NCBI GenBank assembly: GCA_951406725.2 | Contig: OX597831.1 | Span: 31,558,001 to 31,622,000, forward strand | Source: Octopus vulgaris | Lineage: Eukaryota | Length of the DNA: 64,000 nucleotides | Reading direction: 5' to 3' | Part shown: piece after piece, positions 62,997 through 64,000 of the stretch | How positions within the stretch are numbered: position 1 is the stretch's first letter | Layout: the number at the start of each line of letters is the position of its first letter | Notes under the pieces: model-generated | Seen by the model: the letters and a program-made list of their open reading frames with translations, nothing else | The model's database searches: none | What the model was told of the DNA's origin: nothing | Position numbers and translations under genes: made by a program

Positions 62997-64000
62997 GTGA
63001 GCATCCTAACATCAGTTTTAATTGACCAAGAATTGCTTGATTGGAATGGTGGTAGTGGTGGTGTTGCTCTAGTGGCCACATAAGATTACATTCTACTTCG
63101 GACGGTTCTGGATATAACAGAGAGGTGGCATAGTGATGACTGTGGTATGTGCTGTGGTAGTGTTATGGTAGTTGCAATGTTAGGAGATAGTAGAAGTATT
63201 CAGCTGCTAATTTAAGAGGTAAAACAGGTGTGACTGTGGTGAGAAGTTTGCTTCCAAACCACATGGTTCCGGGTTCAGTTCCACTGTGTGGAACCTTAGG
63301 CAAGTGTCTCCTATAACCTCAGGGCGACCAAAGCCTTGTGAGTGGATGCGGTAGACACAAACTGAAAGAAGCCTGTCGTGTGTGTGTATATCATCATCAT
63401 CATCATCATCGTTTAATGTCCGTTTTCCATGCTGGCATGAGTTGGACAGTTTGATTTAAGACTGGCAAGCCAGGAGGCTACACCAGACACCAATCTGATC
63501 TGGCAGTGTTTCTACAACTGGATGCCCTTCCTAACGCCAACCACTCCGAGAGTGTAGTGGGTGCTTTTTACATGTTACTGGTATGAGGAGCTAGTCAGGT
63601 GGCACTGGTGAATGGTGCTTATAATGTGCCACCAGCACAGGTGCCAGTCAGTCCACAACTGCAATTTCCATTTTGATTTTGATCTTGATTTGATTATATA
63701 TGGGCTGTGGTCTTTGTGTCTGTCTACCACCACTGCTTGACAACCAATGTTGGTGCATTTACATCCCCATAACCTAGCAGTTCAGCAAAAGAGACTGATA
63801 GAATAAGTACTTAAAAAAAAAGTCCTGGGGTTGATTCATTTGACCAAAGATTCTTTAAGGGTGCCCCAGCATGGTCGCAGTCTGATGACTAAAACATAAA
63901 AAGATAAGGACAATTCTTATTTTCCATTTCCAAAATATTTATTTTTCCTAATTCTTCAGTTGAAAAAACTGAAATTGACAGAAAATATCCTTCCACTCTG

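Overview
AT-rich, microsatellite- and transposon-dense eukaryotic DNA. The repeat families suggest an octopus (coleoid cephalopod) genome; this is inferred, not searched. Almost all ORFs in the supplied track are microsatellite or repeat artefacts. Two spliced + strand genes can be rebuilt by hand with consistent GT-AG boundaries and reading frames. (1) The 3' part of a RalGDS/RGL-family Ral GEF (CDC25 domain, Ser-rich linker, RA domain): 11 solid exons plus one probable cassette exon, 5174-26688. (2) Exons 1-2 of ADP-dependent glucokinase (ADPGK; 41376-41596 and 62771-62996) around a 21-kb first intron. The rest is tRNA-derived SINEs, RTE and L2/CR1 LINE pieces, hAT, piggyBac and mariner MITEs, a Helitron-like element, a solo LTR, a mariner transposase relic, Penelope-like (PLE) relics and two minisatellites. 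The most interesting signals are: at least six minimal type-I hammerhead-ribozyme motifs in different repeats, one of them in a tRNA-headed SINE-like element with a 5' foldback (a candidate Penelope-mobilised SINE/retrozyme); many foldback and templated junctions; and a candidate 3-nt microexon and an ACUAAC cluster in the RGL linker region.
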